DNA of 64,000 nt from an uncultured Clostridia bacterium (GTDB taxonomy: Bacteria; Bacillota; Clostridia; TANB77; CAG-508): NCBI GenBank assembly GCA_944386715.1, contig CALXCD010000001.1:8141-72140 (forward strand), given 5' to 3'. The notes below the pieces were generated by a model. That model was given only the letters and a program-made list of their open reading frames with translations. It searched no databases and was not told the DNA's origin. Shown here one piece after another: positions 11,631 to 19,866 of this stretch. The position numbers were made by a program, and so were the translations under genes. Position 1 is the first letter of the stretch. The number at the start of each line of letters is the position of its first letter.

Positions 11631-11726
11631 CAAAAGTATTGATATATTAATATTTTGCAGACAAGACCCGGATTGTTACGCTCAAGATATGTTTTGTCAA
11701 ATAATATTAATATATCAATACTTTTG
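11631..11726. mobile_element. MITE-like structured element, copy 1: perfect 24-bp inverted repeats (CAAAAGTATTGATATATTAATATT / RC) around a conserved 48-nt core TTGCAGACAAGACCCGGATTGTTACGCTCAAGATATGTTTTGTCAAAT
   Basis: Read directly. The core is about 80% identical to 41557-41609, whose flanking inverted repeats are different but also perfect. Confidence 0.6.
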
Positions 11727-11787
11727 GATATTTATTTTTTACTCATTAACTAGTAACATGGGGACGTTCCTTTTTGACAACTTGCAG

Positions 11788-11816
11788 ATATTGACTTTTA
11801 TGTATACCGTGATATA
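11788..11816 (+). promoter_or_regulatory. Sigma-A type promoter TTGACT, 16-nt spacer, TGaTATAAT for the 11875 gene
   Basis: Near-consensus -35 and extended -10, about 60 nt upstream of the ATG. Confidence 0.55.
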
Positions 11817-11874
11817 ATTAAGATAAGCTTTTAGTAGCATTTCAATAAATATTATATTTATAGGAGGAAATAAA

Positions 11875-12468
11875 ATGAAACGAGAAACAGACAGGCAACA
11901 TTATAAAGAAAGCCGGTATAGCGAATTCGTAAGGACTCAAAATTATCCCAAAGAAAGAAAACGGATAATTAAACTCCAAAAAGAACTTAAAAAATTGGGA
12001 GATTTCCCCTCAGGAGACCCTAAAAAAATCATTACCTATACAGTTGGTTTTTTAGATTTGGTCTCTAGGTTTCAAGACGAAGGTTATTTGCAATATCAAC
12101 CAATAGAAAAGGCTGAAGCCCAGAAAACCTTCAATTCAGTAATAAAAAATAGTGGTAGGCAAGATTCTCCGAACAAATGGAATTATACCAAAAAAGGAGA
12201 AGCTATCACTATTCATAACATCCTGTTTGGCGGAATTTTAGGTTTACCCATCAAACCAGCTTCTTACTGGCTTAACCTTCCCAAAAGTAAAAAAGTAACA
12301 ATCGACTACAGGAGCAAGTTGGCAATCAATGCCAAAGACAAAAATAGCCCTATTGTTGACACAAAAACAATGTGGGAAACGCAGGCATTGGTAGAAAACA
12401 GCTTAGAAAATTTTTCTCATAATAATTCAGATATTTTAAAGCGTTGTATAAAGAGTCTACTCTCTTGA
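11875..12468 (+). CDS. Hypothetical 197-aa soluble protein, locally elevated GC
   Basis: Intact ORF with AGGAGG RBS. Uses codons (CGG, CCC, CTC, GGC) that are rare elsewhere in the window. No recognisable motif. Confidence 0.55.
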   Translation: MKRETDRQHYKESRYSEFVRTQNYPKERKRIIKLQKELKKLGDFPSGDPKKIITYTVGFLDLVSRFQDEGYLQYQPIEKAEAQKTFNSVIKNSGRQDSPNKWNYTKKGEAITIHNILFGGILGLPIKPASYWLNLPKSKKVTIDYRSKLAINAKDKNSPIVDTKTMWETQALVENSLENFSHNNSDILKRCIKSLLS

Positions 12469-12522
12469 AATATCGTTTCACCTTTTTGGGTTAGCAACTC
12501 CAGCCCAGAAAGGAGCATAAAA

Positions 12523-12560
12523 CCTCTTAAACACACAAATGTTTAAGAGGTTTTATTTTA
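12523..12560 (+). terminator. Bidirectional rho-independent terminator: stem CCTCTTAAAC / GTTTAAGAGG then TTTTATTTT
   Basis: Hairpin about 55 nt after the 11875 gene stop. It overlaps the stop of the convergent Spo0E-like gene. Confidence 0.6.
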
Positions 12561-12728
12561 TATTACCGCCCAAGTGACTTTTTTTTTACTATTTTTTATA
12601 TTTTTATAATACTGTGCAATGAGTTCATCTAAATCTGTACTCAACTTATAAATCACATGATAATCGTCACCATTTTCGATGCTTTTGTTCAATTTATCTC
12701 TTAATTTACAAATTTCATCATTTAACAT
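12558..12728 (-). CDS. Spo0E-like sporulation regulatory protein (aspartyl-phosphate phosphatase family)
   Basis: Product MLNDEICKLRDKLNKSIENGDDYHVIYKLSTDLDELIAQYY matches the Spo0E family helix-hairpin pattern. Start at 12728 is preceded by AGGAGAG. Confidence 0.6.
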   Translation of the reverse strand: MLNDEICKLRDKLNKSIENGDDYHVIYKLSTDLDELIAQYYKNIKNSKKKVTWAVI

Positions 12729-12879
12729 ACTCATCTCTCCTTTTCTCACATTTATCTTTCGTATAGTTATAAATTACCACATAATTTTCCGCAAGTCAAG
12801 TATTTTCAAGGGTTTTTAGCAACTTTCGTATGACATTTATCTTCATTTTTCGACAAAAGAACAAATAAAAAAACGGTAT

Positions 12880-12915
12880 TACATCCTTGTAGAAAATAAT
12901 ACCATTTTTTTGACA
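12880..12915 (-). terminator. Hairpin (GGTATTA / TAATACC) with T-runs on both sides, downstream of the M16 peptidase pair
   Basis: ACGGTATTAcatccttgtagaaaaTAATACCaTTTTTTT read directly. Confidence 0.45.
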
Positions 12916-13032
12916 ATATTTTTTTATCTGAAAAATTTCTATTTTTATACATTTTGTTACAATTAACAAATATTCTATATATTAATATATCAACTTTTTA
13001 TTAGTATTTCCACTGTATATTGTAACTATATT

Positions 13033-14319
13033 TTAATTTTTCACAATAGAAAGAACCATTTTATCTTCTTTAAAAACATCATTCAACACCTGTTTTAAAT
13101 ATTCTACATTTATACCTTCCATCTCTTCTAAATAGTCAAAACTATTAATCCCTTTCATACTATCTGCTAAAAACATTCTTGCAATATCTCCTACATCATT
13201 ATATTCTCTAATATAGCCTCCATATATCATTTTCTTTATCCTCAAAAAGTCTTTCTCATCAATACCCTCTGTTTTAAAACGTTTTATTTCCATTTTGAAT
13301 TTCTGATATACTTCTTCTGGTTGATTTGATTGACCTGTTATCAAAACATGTGCATAAATATTAGAAAATTCATATTCTAGGCTAGGTTGTGCATATAAAA
13401 TACCATTTTGATATAATTCTTGATATAAAGCAGAACTTCTTCCTATGATAAGATTTAACAAAATTTCTATTGCGATTTGCTTTTTTATCATTACATTTTT
13501 ATTTTCAACACCACATACTTCTGGTTTGTCTTTAATTCCTATAGTAAATAAAGGTTGACTAACTTCTAACGTTTGTTCTACTTTTTCCTTTACAATTTCT
13601 TCTGGCTCTGTTGGATAAATTCTTGTTATTTCTCCTGTTTGTTTATTTGGAATCAATCTCTTTTTCACTTCTTCTATCATTTTCTCTGGTTCAAAATCTC
13701 CACATACCACTAACACCATATTAGATGGGTGATAAAAAGTTTGATAACAACGATATAGCACATCTTTATCTATTTTACTAATAGATTCAATCGTCCCTGC
13801 TGTGTCTAATTTAACTGGATTATTATGATACATTGCTTCTAAAGAATTATAATATACTCTCCAATCAGGATAATCATCATACATTTTAATTTCTTGACCG
13901 ATAATTCCCTTTTCTTTTTCTACATTTTCATCTGTAAAATAAGGATGTTGTACATAATCCATTAATTCATCCATTGCTTCATAGAAATTTTCTGTACATT
14001 CAAACAAATAAGCTGTATGGTCATTAGAAGTATATGCATTAGCATTCACTCCTAAAGCAGTTAAAACATCTAAACTGTTTGTCCCATTTTCTTGTTCAAA
14101 CATTTTATGTTCCAAAAAGTGGGCTACTCCCATTGGGACTTGTGTTTTTTCCTTTTCCCCAGGGACAATAAACTCACTATCAATAGAACCATAACGTGTT
14201 CCCCATATTAAATATTTTTTTAGCACATCTTTTTTTGGAATTACCATCACTGCTAATCCATTTTCCAGTTTCTCCATATATACTTTTTCTTTTACCTTTA
14301 AATTCTCTATAATTTGCAT
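13033..14319 (-). CDS. M16-family zinc peptidase (pitrilysin-like, inverted HxxEH motif)
   Basis: Contains GVAHFLEHKMF, the HFLEH zinc-binding signature of M16 peptidases. Confidence 0.8.
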   Translation of the reverse strand: MQIIENLKVKEKVYMEKLENGLAVMVIPKKDVLKKYLIWGTRYGSIDSEFIVPGEKEKTQVPMGVAHFLEHKMFEQENGTNSLDVLTALGVNANAYTSNDHTAYLFECTENFYEAMDELMDYVQHPYFTDENVEKEKGIIGQEIKMYDDYPDWRVYYNSLEAMYHNNPVKLDTAGTIESISKIDKDVLYRCYQTFYHPSNMVLVVCGDFEPEKMIEEVKKRLIPNKQTGEITRIYPTEPEEIVKEKVEQTLEVSQPLFTIGIKDKPEVCGVENKNVMIKKQIAIEILLNLIIGRSSALYQELYQNGILYAQPSLEYEFSNIYAHVLITGQSNQPEEVYQKFKMEIKRFKTEGIDEKDFLRIKKMIYGGYIREYNDVGDIARMFLADSMKGINSFDYLEEMEGINVEYLKQVLNDVFKEDKMVLSIVKN

Positions 14320-14332
14320 TGGCTTCCTCCTC

Positions 14333-15601
14333 CTAATTTTTTAAGAAATAAATCGTATCAATGGTCACTTTGTCCGCAATTGCCAAAATATCTTCTTTTG
14401 ATACTTGCATTACTTTTTCTTTATATTGCTCTATTGACATTTGATATTGTGATAATTCTTGTCCATAATAATAAACTACTTGCGTATCTTGCTCATCTTC
14501 AATAGCTTGTATTCCAGAAATAATTCCTTTTTTTGCATTCTCTATTTCTTCTTGTGTAAAATCTCCTTTTTTCATAGCCTCTATTTGTTCTTTTATTAAA
14601 TTTAATGCTTTTTCGTAATTTTCTATCTCAATACCACAATTCACAAAAATATTATTTTTATAACGAACATAACTTGAACTAGCTACATATGCCATATGTG
14701 CTTTTTCTCTTACATTTTGAAATAACTTAGAATTTGCACTTCCCCCTAATATACTATTATATAACATAACATGGTATCTTAATTCTTCTTTTTCTATTGC
14801 TAAATCTAATCCTAATACAAGTTTACCTTGTGCAACATCCATCGATTCTGTTACTACTTTTTCTTGTTCTACTTTTTTCAATTGCATGTTAGGAATTTGA
14901 TATTCCGGTTTTCTTGCTTGTAATTTTTGTATATTTTCATTTTGCATCACTTCATTTTCTATATCATCATTTAAAATTCCAGAAACAAAAATATCAATTT
15001 TGCAATGCTTAATCAATTGTTGATATGCTTCATATAAATTTTTAGCATTCAATTTATCCAAATCTTCTACATATCCAAATTTATATAAACCAAAAGGTTC
15101 TTCTTTATACATTTCTTCAATACATCTATCTAATGCATATTTTGCCTTATTATCAATTTTAGCTTCAATTCTTTGTTTTACATTTTCTTTTTCTTGATTC
15201 ACATATTCTTCTTTAAATCCCCCTTGTTCTACCAAAGGATTAAACACAATTTCCAATAACTTTTCTGTCGCTACTTTCCACATATTTTCCCCTAAAGGTG
15301 GTAAGAAATTATCATTAATGGTTTCTAAATAAAATTTCAAAACTTGATTATCTCCTGTTTTATCTAATCCACAATCAAATGCAGCACCATACATTTCTTC
15401 TAATTCTTTGCTAATTAGTTCCTGAGATGGCATATTTTGAGTTCCTCTTCTTAACACAGATGAAATTAATGCATTTTGTGTTACTGTTTCTCTTTTTAAT
15501 GAAGTTGTCAAAAAAATCGCCACTAAATTGGTTTTAAATTTATCTGTTTTTATTTGATGAAATTTAATTCCTTCTTTTAATTCTTTTTCTATATGTTCCA
15601 T
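14333..15601 (-). CDS. M16-family peptidase partner subunit (probably non-catalytic, no HxxEH)
   Basis: Same fold-type composition, adjacent to and co-oriented with the active M16 gene. TTGAAT-18-TATAAT promoter at about 15615-15650. Confidence 0.65.
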   Translation of the reverse strand: MEHIEKELKEGIKFHQIKTDKFKTNLVAIFLTTSLKRETVTQNALISSVLRRGTQNMPSQELISKELEEMYGAAFDCGLDKTGDNQVLKFYLETINDNFLPPLGENMWKVATEKLLEIVFNPLVEQGGFKEEYVNQEKENVKQRIEAKIDNKAKYALDRCIEEMYKEEPFGLYKFGYVEDLDKLNAKNLYEAYQQLIKHCKIDIFVSGILNDDIENEVMQNENIQKLQARKPEYQIPNMQLKKVEQEKVVTESMDVAQGKLVLGLDLAIEKEELRYHVMLYNSILGGSANSKLFQNVREKAHMAYVASSSYVRYKNNIFVNCGIEIENYEKALNLIKEQIEAMKKGDFTQEEIENAKKGIISGIQAIEDEQDTQVVYYYGQELSQYQMSIEQYKEKVMQVSKEDILAIADKVTIDTIYFLKN

Positions 15602-15675
15602 TTTCCATTTCCTCCTTTTGCATTATTATACTTCAATCTCTATAAATTATTCAATAATTTTCCAGAAGAATTCAA

Positions 15676-15728
15676 AAAAACAAAAAATTGAAAGTATTTG
15701 CCATCGGCTTTTAACTTTCAATTTAACA
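15676..15728 (-). terminator. rpsU terminator: stem TTGAAAGT / ACTTTCAA then TTTTTTGTTTTTTT
   Basis: Seen on the reverse strand immediately after the rpsU stop. Confidence 0.6.
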
Positions 15729-15734
15729 AACTTA

Positions 15735-15905
15735 TTAAAATTTTCTCTTTCTTGCAGCTTCTGATTTTTTCTTTCTCCTAACACTAGGTTTTTCATAATG
15801 CTCTCTTTTACGAACTTCTTGTAATACGCCATTTCTCGCACATTGTCTCTTAAATCTTTTTAGAGCATCTTCTATATTACCATTATTAACTTTTATCTCT
15901 GACAT
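15735..15905 (-). CDS. rpsU: 30S ribosomal protein S21
   Basis: Reverse-strand translation gives [56 protein letters not shown] with an AGGAGGGG RBS. The ORF-track entry 15647..15841 is the wrong frame. Confidence 0.9.
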   Translation of the reverse strand: MSEIKVNNGNIEDALKRFKRQCARNGVLQEVRKREHYEKPSVRRKKKSEAARKRKF

Positions 15906-15968
15906 TTAAATTCCCCTCCTTCCGGTCCATACGAAACTGTATGCTGGGATAACCCTGATAACGTAATT

Positions 15969-15997
15969 ATTATACACAAAAGCTAGCTTCTTGTCAA
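15969..15997 (-). promoter_or_regulatory. Consensus sigma-A promoter TTGACA, 17-nt spacer, TATAAT for rpsU, with a roughly 62-nt structured leader
   Basis: Reverse strand reads TTGACAagaagctagcttttgtgTATAAT. The leader contains the hairpin CATACAGTTTCGTATG. Confidence 0.65.
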
Positions 15998-16025
15998 TAG
16001 CTAGAATTCAAATAATACAGGTTAT

Positions 16026-16562
16026 CTAAAACATCCAACTAAATAAAGGATTTTCAAAAATAAGCTCTCTCATAAAACCATTTGTAAACGGAATAAACCA
16101 TAAAATAATTCCTAAAATAATAATAATAACAGCTGTCAACAAAATAGCAATCCATCCCTTTTTACTTGGTAATCCTTGAAAATGTGGTCTATTTTCAAAT
16201 ACTTCTCGAGCCAATTCTCTCACCGCTGAAAAAGTACCTATTTTATAGGTTCTATCAGCATCTACCACTTGTTTTTGCATTTCTGAAATCGGGTTCTCTT
16301 CTACTTGTCTATTTGAAAAAGATTCACGATATCTAAGCATCTCCTCTTTTTCTAACTCAGCATCATATTGTTCACGTAAAAATTCATTAGAAAGAACTTC
16401 ATATGCTTCATTTATCTCTTTCATTTTTGTTTCGCAATAAATTCTAGCTTTTCCTTCTTGTTTATCTGGATGATATTTAATCACTAAGGCACGATAAGCC
16501 TTATCTATCACTTCTTTGGAAGCAAGTCTATTGACTTCTAATATATCATAATAATTTTTCAT
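16026..16562 (-). CDS. DnaJ (J-domain) protein with C-terminal transmembrane segment
   Basis: YYDILEV...AYRALVIKYHPDK J-domain with the HPD motif. C-terminal hydrophobic stretch IAILLTAVIIIILGIILWFIPF. Confidence 0.8.
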   Translation of the reverse strand: MKNYYDILEVNRLASKEVIDKAYRALVIKYHPDKQEGKARIYCETKMKEINEAYEVLSNEFLREQYDAELEKEEMLRYRESFSNRQVEENPISEMQKQVVDADRTYKIGTFSAVRELAREVFENRPHFQGLPSKKGWIAILLTAVIIIILGIILWFIPFTNGFMRELIFENPLFSWMF

Positions 16563-16662
16563 AAGTTTCTATCTAAAATACCTTTCTTTTATCTTAATAT
16601 TATTCTACATCAAAGGAAAAAAAATAGCAATATAAAATTGCTACTTTTCTATTTACTTATTT

Positions 16663-17466
16663 TTAATAAGACTTTCTATATTTAATATAAAAACCTACTG
16701 CTATCACTACCATTATTGCAATTGCTCCTATTAAACAATTTTGTAAAGTTCCTGTTTTAGGTAATATATTATTAGATTTTCCTGAATTTACAATTCCTGA
16801 ATTTGAATAATTTACAGAACTATTTCCACCATTTGCATTTCCTGAAGGTATATTCGTATTTCCACTTGGTACATTGGTATTGGTAGAAGGCGTATTGGTA
16901 TTTCCTCCTGGTGTATTAGTATTTCCTCCTGGTGTATTGGTATTTCCTCCTGATGTATTATTACCACCAGGATTCGTTTCTTCTACTATTTCAACTGTTG
17001 TTGAAACATCTTCAACAGAAAAAGTTGTATTAGCATCAGAAAATTCATTTTTTGTAAAAGAAATTGTTTGTTCACCTAATGTTACATCTTGTTTGGCTGT
17101 TAATACTACTTTCCCAATTTCTTGGTCTTCACTAGTTGCTTCATAATCAGCTTTTGTAATAGTAATAGAATTTTCAAGCACTGTGCCTGTCCAAGCACCA
17201 GCAGAATCTGGTTGTACTTTTAAATCAAAAACATCAGCATCATATTCTAATGTTGTATTGAAAATTGCAATCCCGTCACCTGCCTCTATATCAGAAACTT
17301 GAATAGATAATGTAACACTTTCTCCTGCTTTTATCTGTGTTGTATCTGGTGTAATTGTTAAAGTACAAGTATAATCAACAGCTAAACTTTTAACTCCTAT
17401 CCCTACCATCAAAACTGCAAATAGAATTAAAATCACTTCTATTCTCTTTATTATTTCTTTTGTCAT
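16663..17466 (-). CDS. Sortase-anchored (LPKTG) cell-wall protein: signal peptide, cohesin-like N-terminal domain, GGNTNTP repeat linker
   Basis: N-terminal TM/signal sequence. The roughly 140-aa domain IKAGESVTLSIQVSDIEAGDGIAIFNTTLEYDADVFDL...ISFTKNEFSD follows the cohesin type-I pattern. C-terminal LPKTG, hydrophobic segment and KYRKSY tail. Confidence 0.6.
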   Translation of the reverse strand: MTKEIIKRIEVILILFAVLMVGIGVKSLAVDYTCTLTITPDTTQIKAGESVTLSIQVSDIEAGDGIAIFNTTLEYDADVFDLKVQPDSAGAWTGTVLENSITITKADYEATSEDQEIGKVVLTAKQDVTLGEQTISFTKNEFSDANTTFSVEDVSTTVEIVEETNPGGNNTSGGNTNTPGGNTNTPGGNTNTPSTNTNVPSGNTNIPSGNANGGNSSVNYSNSGIVNSGKSNNILPKTGTLQNCLIGAIAIMVVIAVGFYIKYRKSY

Positions 17467-17589
17467 GATTTGTCCTCCTAAACATCTAATTTAATATTCA
17501 CTATATTATATATCTCACATTTTCCGCTTTTTTTCAATAGTTTTTATTTACCAATTTTTCTATATAGCAGTACTCTAGCGTCTTTAACG

Positions 17590-17623
17590 TTTTATTACAT
17601 TTTTATTACATTTATATTACATT
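17590..17623. promoter_or_regulatory. Three tandem 11-bp direct repeats TTTTATTACAT / TTTTATTACAT / TTATATTACAT upstream of the cohesin gene
   Basis: Read directly. The 11-bp period puts them on one helix face. They lie about 125-160 nt upstream of the 16663..17466 start and abut the stop of the peptidase gene. Confidence 0.4.
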
Positions 17624-17624
17624 T

Positions 17625-19838
17625 CTAGTTGTTTGTCAATATCCAATCTGGATGTTTTTGTTTTACTACCTCTGAACGAATTGCTGCTATATGCCTTTGA
17701 ATCCATAAAACATCTGATACATCAATATTAGTATCCTGATTAATATCTGCAAACACTAAACTATCCCCCTGTAATATCCAATCTGGATGCTTTTGTTTTA
17801 CACTTTCACTCTTTACGCTTGCAATATATCTTAATAATATTAAAACATCTGCTGTATTAATCAAATTATCTTGATTGATATCTCCTACTACAACCTGGTT
17901 CTCTACAGTCACTTGAATAGGAACCACCACACTATTTCCCGCTTCATCTTTAACCATTATCTCTTCTTGAGTTGATTGCAGGTACCTTTTTATTAATCGT
18001 AAACCATTCTCTTCTAATATCCATCCATCTAATGGTTGCAATTTTTCGTTAGAAACAATAGTTACAATTCCAGTATTTTTCTCGTCATATTCTACCTGTA
18101 CTACAGGTGGTGTTTGATCAAAAAAAACGGTGATAGATTTTACCTCTGATTCATTTCCTGCCATATCTACAGCTTTTACATAAAAAGTATAACTACCCTC
18201 TTCTGGAAAAACATATCGTGTACTTGCTGTTATTTGCTTTCCAGAGCCATCTTTTTCAAAACCTTCTGACCAAAATAATTCTCCTGTATTCTCATATCTA
18301 GTATCTCCTGCAACCTGAAACCAAGTTCCTTCTTCATCTATACTCCTGTGAATGAAAAGATAATCTGCTAAACCACTTTCTCCCTCATCTTTTGCATTTA
18401 CTGTAAAAATAACCTCTCGCATCGAAGAATTCATACTATTGCTACTAATTTCCACCTCTGGTTTTTGGATATCCATCTTATTTACAACATATGTTTTTTC
18501 TCGACTATTTCCATGATTGTCTATTACTTCAATTTCATATGTTCCAGGTTTTACAATAGTATAATATGCCTTACCGTTTCTTATTTCTTGAGATTCTCCA
18601 TTTACTTTAATAGTTTGAACAGAACTATCGTCTTGCATCAGTATTGGGGTAATAATAATTTCCTGTGGTCTTTTATTCCAATCTTCATTCCATGAAGAAG
18701 ATAGACTAACAATAGATATATCTAAAGGATTTGTTACAACCACTTGTGCTTCTTCAATTCCTGTTAAATATTGATAAAAAAAGTAATCTTCATAAGAAAT
18801 ATAAAAATATCCTTCTTCTCCCCAGTCTTCCCCCCAACTATTTGTAACAATCCATGCTCCATCTTGTGAAGGTTGATATTTTCCCGTAAAATTTTCTTTA
18901 GGAAAATCATCATCCCATCCTATCACATTAACTCCATGTCCGTATTCTGGCATTTCAATTGCTGGAGACAAAAATGCAGCATTTTCTTCACTATAACATT
19001 CCAAAAAATCTTCGAAAAAAATATAAGCTTCTATTGCACCATTTTTCTGAATATAAGTCTTAATATCATTTTGAAATGCAGTTTTTTCAGCTTCAGTAGC
19101 TTTTGTGATATCAAAACTTTCAAAAGCACGAGCAACAATATTGGTTACACGAGGCGTAACACTTCCCTTTTCTAGTCCATTTTCTTGTATCATTTCTTGA
19201 ATATGTGCTATCATTTCGTCTGATTCTTGGAGATTTTCTGCAGTAACATCAGACTGCAAAGGCAAATCTTCTTCCATGATAGGTCCCGCACCATCTTGGA
19301 CATAATTAACAAAATCATAAAAATTACCTCCACTATGTAGCTCTCTTTTACCTCCATACAAATCAGATGTTAAATAATCTAAATGTAACTCTGAAAAATC
19401 ATAATATCCTGCACCATTTAATGCTAAATGCGTTTCTAAACATCGAAAAGCAGTAAATGCCCAACAAATCTCTAAACTTTTTTGATTTTTAGCAGCAATT
19501 TTTATGTCTTGTTCTAATGTATATTTCGTTGGTAATACTTGCCTTGCACGATACAGTGCAATTTTATTTTCTTGCGTATGAACTCCGTCTTTATCTATCA
19601 ACAATGGCTTTTGCAATAAATAAGGTCTTGGAATTACCTCAAATTTTTCTTTTTCTTCTTCTGAAAGACCTTGATAATATGCATAATAAGGATTATCCAC
19701 TAGTCCTAATTGTTCTTTTTCTTCCTCCTCCATTGCTTTTACAGAAATAGGGAAAAAGATGCTAACTAATATAGTCATCCACAACATAAAAAATATATAT
19801 TTAAGTTTCTTCCTATATTTCATTTTCATCTTTTCCAT
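17625..19838 (-). CDS. Secreted papain-like (C1) cysteine peptidase with Ig-like middle region and C-terminal dockerin-like module
   Basis: Signal peptide. Catalytic triad motifs CWAF, HGVNVIGWDDD and NSWGEDWGEEGYFYISY. C-terminus carries two Ca-loop segments, GDINQDNLINTADVLILLRYIA and ADINQDTNIDVSDVLWIQRHIA, each followed by KQKHPDWIL. Confidence 0.8.
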   Translation of the reverse strand: MEKMKMKYRKKLKYIFFMLWMTILVSIFFPISVKAMEEEEKEQLGLVDNPYYAYYQGLSEEEKEKFEVIPRPYLLQKPLLIDKDGVHTQENKIALYRARQVLPTKYTLEQDIKIAAKNQKSLEICWAFTAFRCLETHLALNGAGYYDFSELHLDYLTSDLYGGKRELHSGGNFYDFVNYVQDGAGPIMEEDLPLQSDVTAENLQESDEMIAHIQEMIQENGLEKGSVTPRVTNIVARAFESFDITKATEAEKTAFQNDIKTYIQKNGAIEAYIFFEDFLECYSEENAAFLSPAIEMPEYGHGVNVIGWDDDFPKENFTGKYQPSQDGAWIVTNSWGEDWGEEGYFYISYEDYFFYQYLTGIEEAQVVVTNPLDISIVSLSSSWNEDWNKRPQEIIITPILMQDDSSVQTIKVNGESQEIRNGKAYYTIVKPGTYEIEVIDNHGNSREKTYVVNKMDIQKPEVEISSNSMNSSMREVIFTVNAKDEGESGLADYLFIHRSIDEEGTWFQVAGDTRYENTGELFWSEGFEKDGSGKQITASTRYVFPEEGSYTFYVKAVDMAGNESEVKSITVFFDQTPPVVQVEYDEKNTGIVTIVSNEKLQPLDGWILEENGLRLIKRYLQSTQEEIMVKDEAGNSVVVPIQVTVENQVVVGDINQDNLINTADVLILLRYIASVKSESVKQKHPDWILQGDSLVFADINQDTNIDVSDVLWIQRHIAAIRSEVVKQKHPDWILTNN

Positions 19839-19866
19839 AATTCCTCTCTATCTATATCAATTACTA

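Noticed and set aside
11257-11817. 186-aa plus-strand ORF overlapping the helicase N-terminus and the intergenic element
   Set aside because: It runs through non-coding inverted repeats and a promoter and has a junk-like hydrophobic composition. The helicase on the other strand is clearly real.
12470-12522. GC-richer stretch GGGTTAGCAACTCCAGCCCAGAAAGGAGC after the 11875 gene, considered as a small RNA or tRNA fragment
   Set aside because: It has no cloverleaf and no T-loop/D-loop consensus. It is more likely just the 3' UTR leading into the terminator hairpin.
15647-15841. ORF-track 64-aa ORF ([10 protein letters not shown]...)
   Set aside because: It is the wrong reading frame across the rpsU locus. 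The overlapping frame gives a textbook S21 protein with a strong RBS and consensus promoter.
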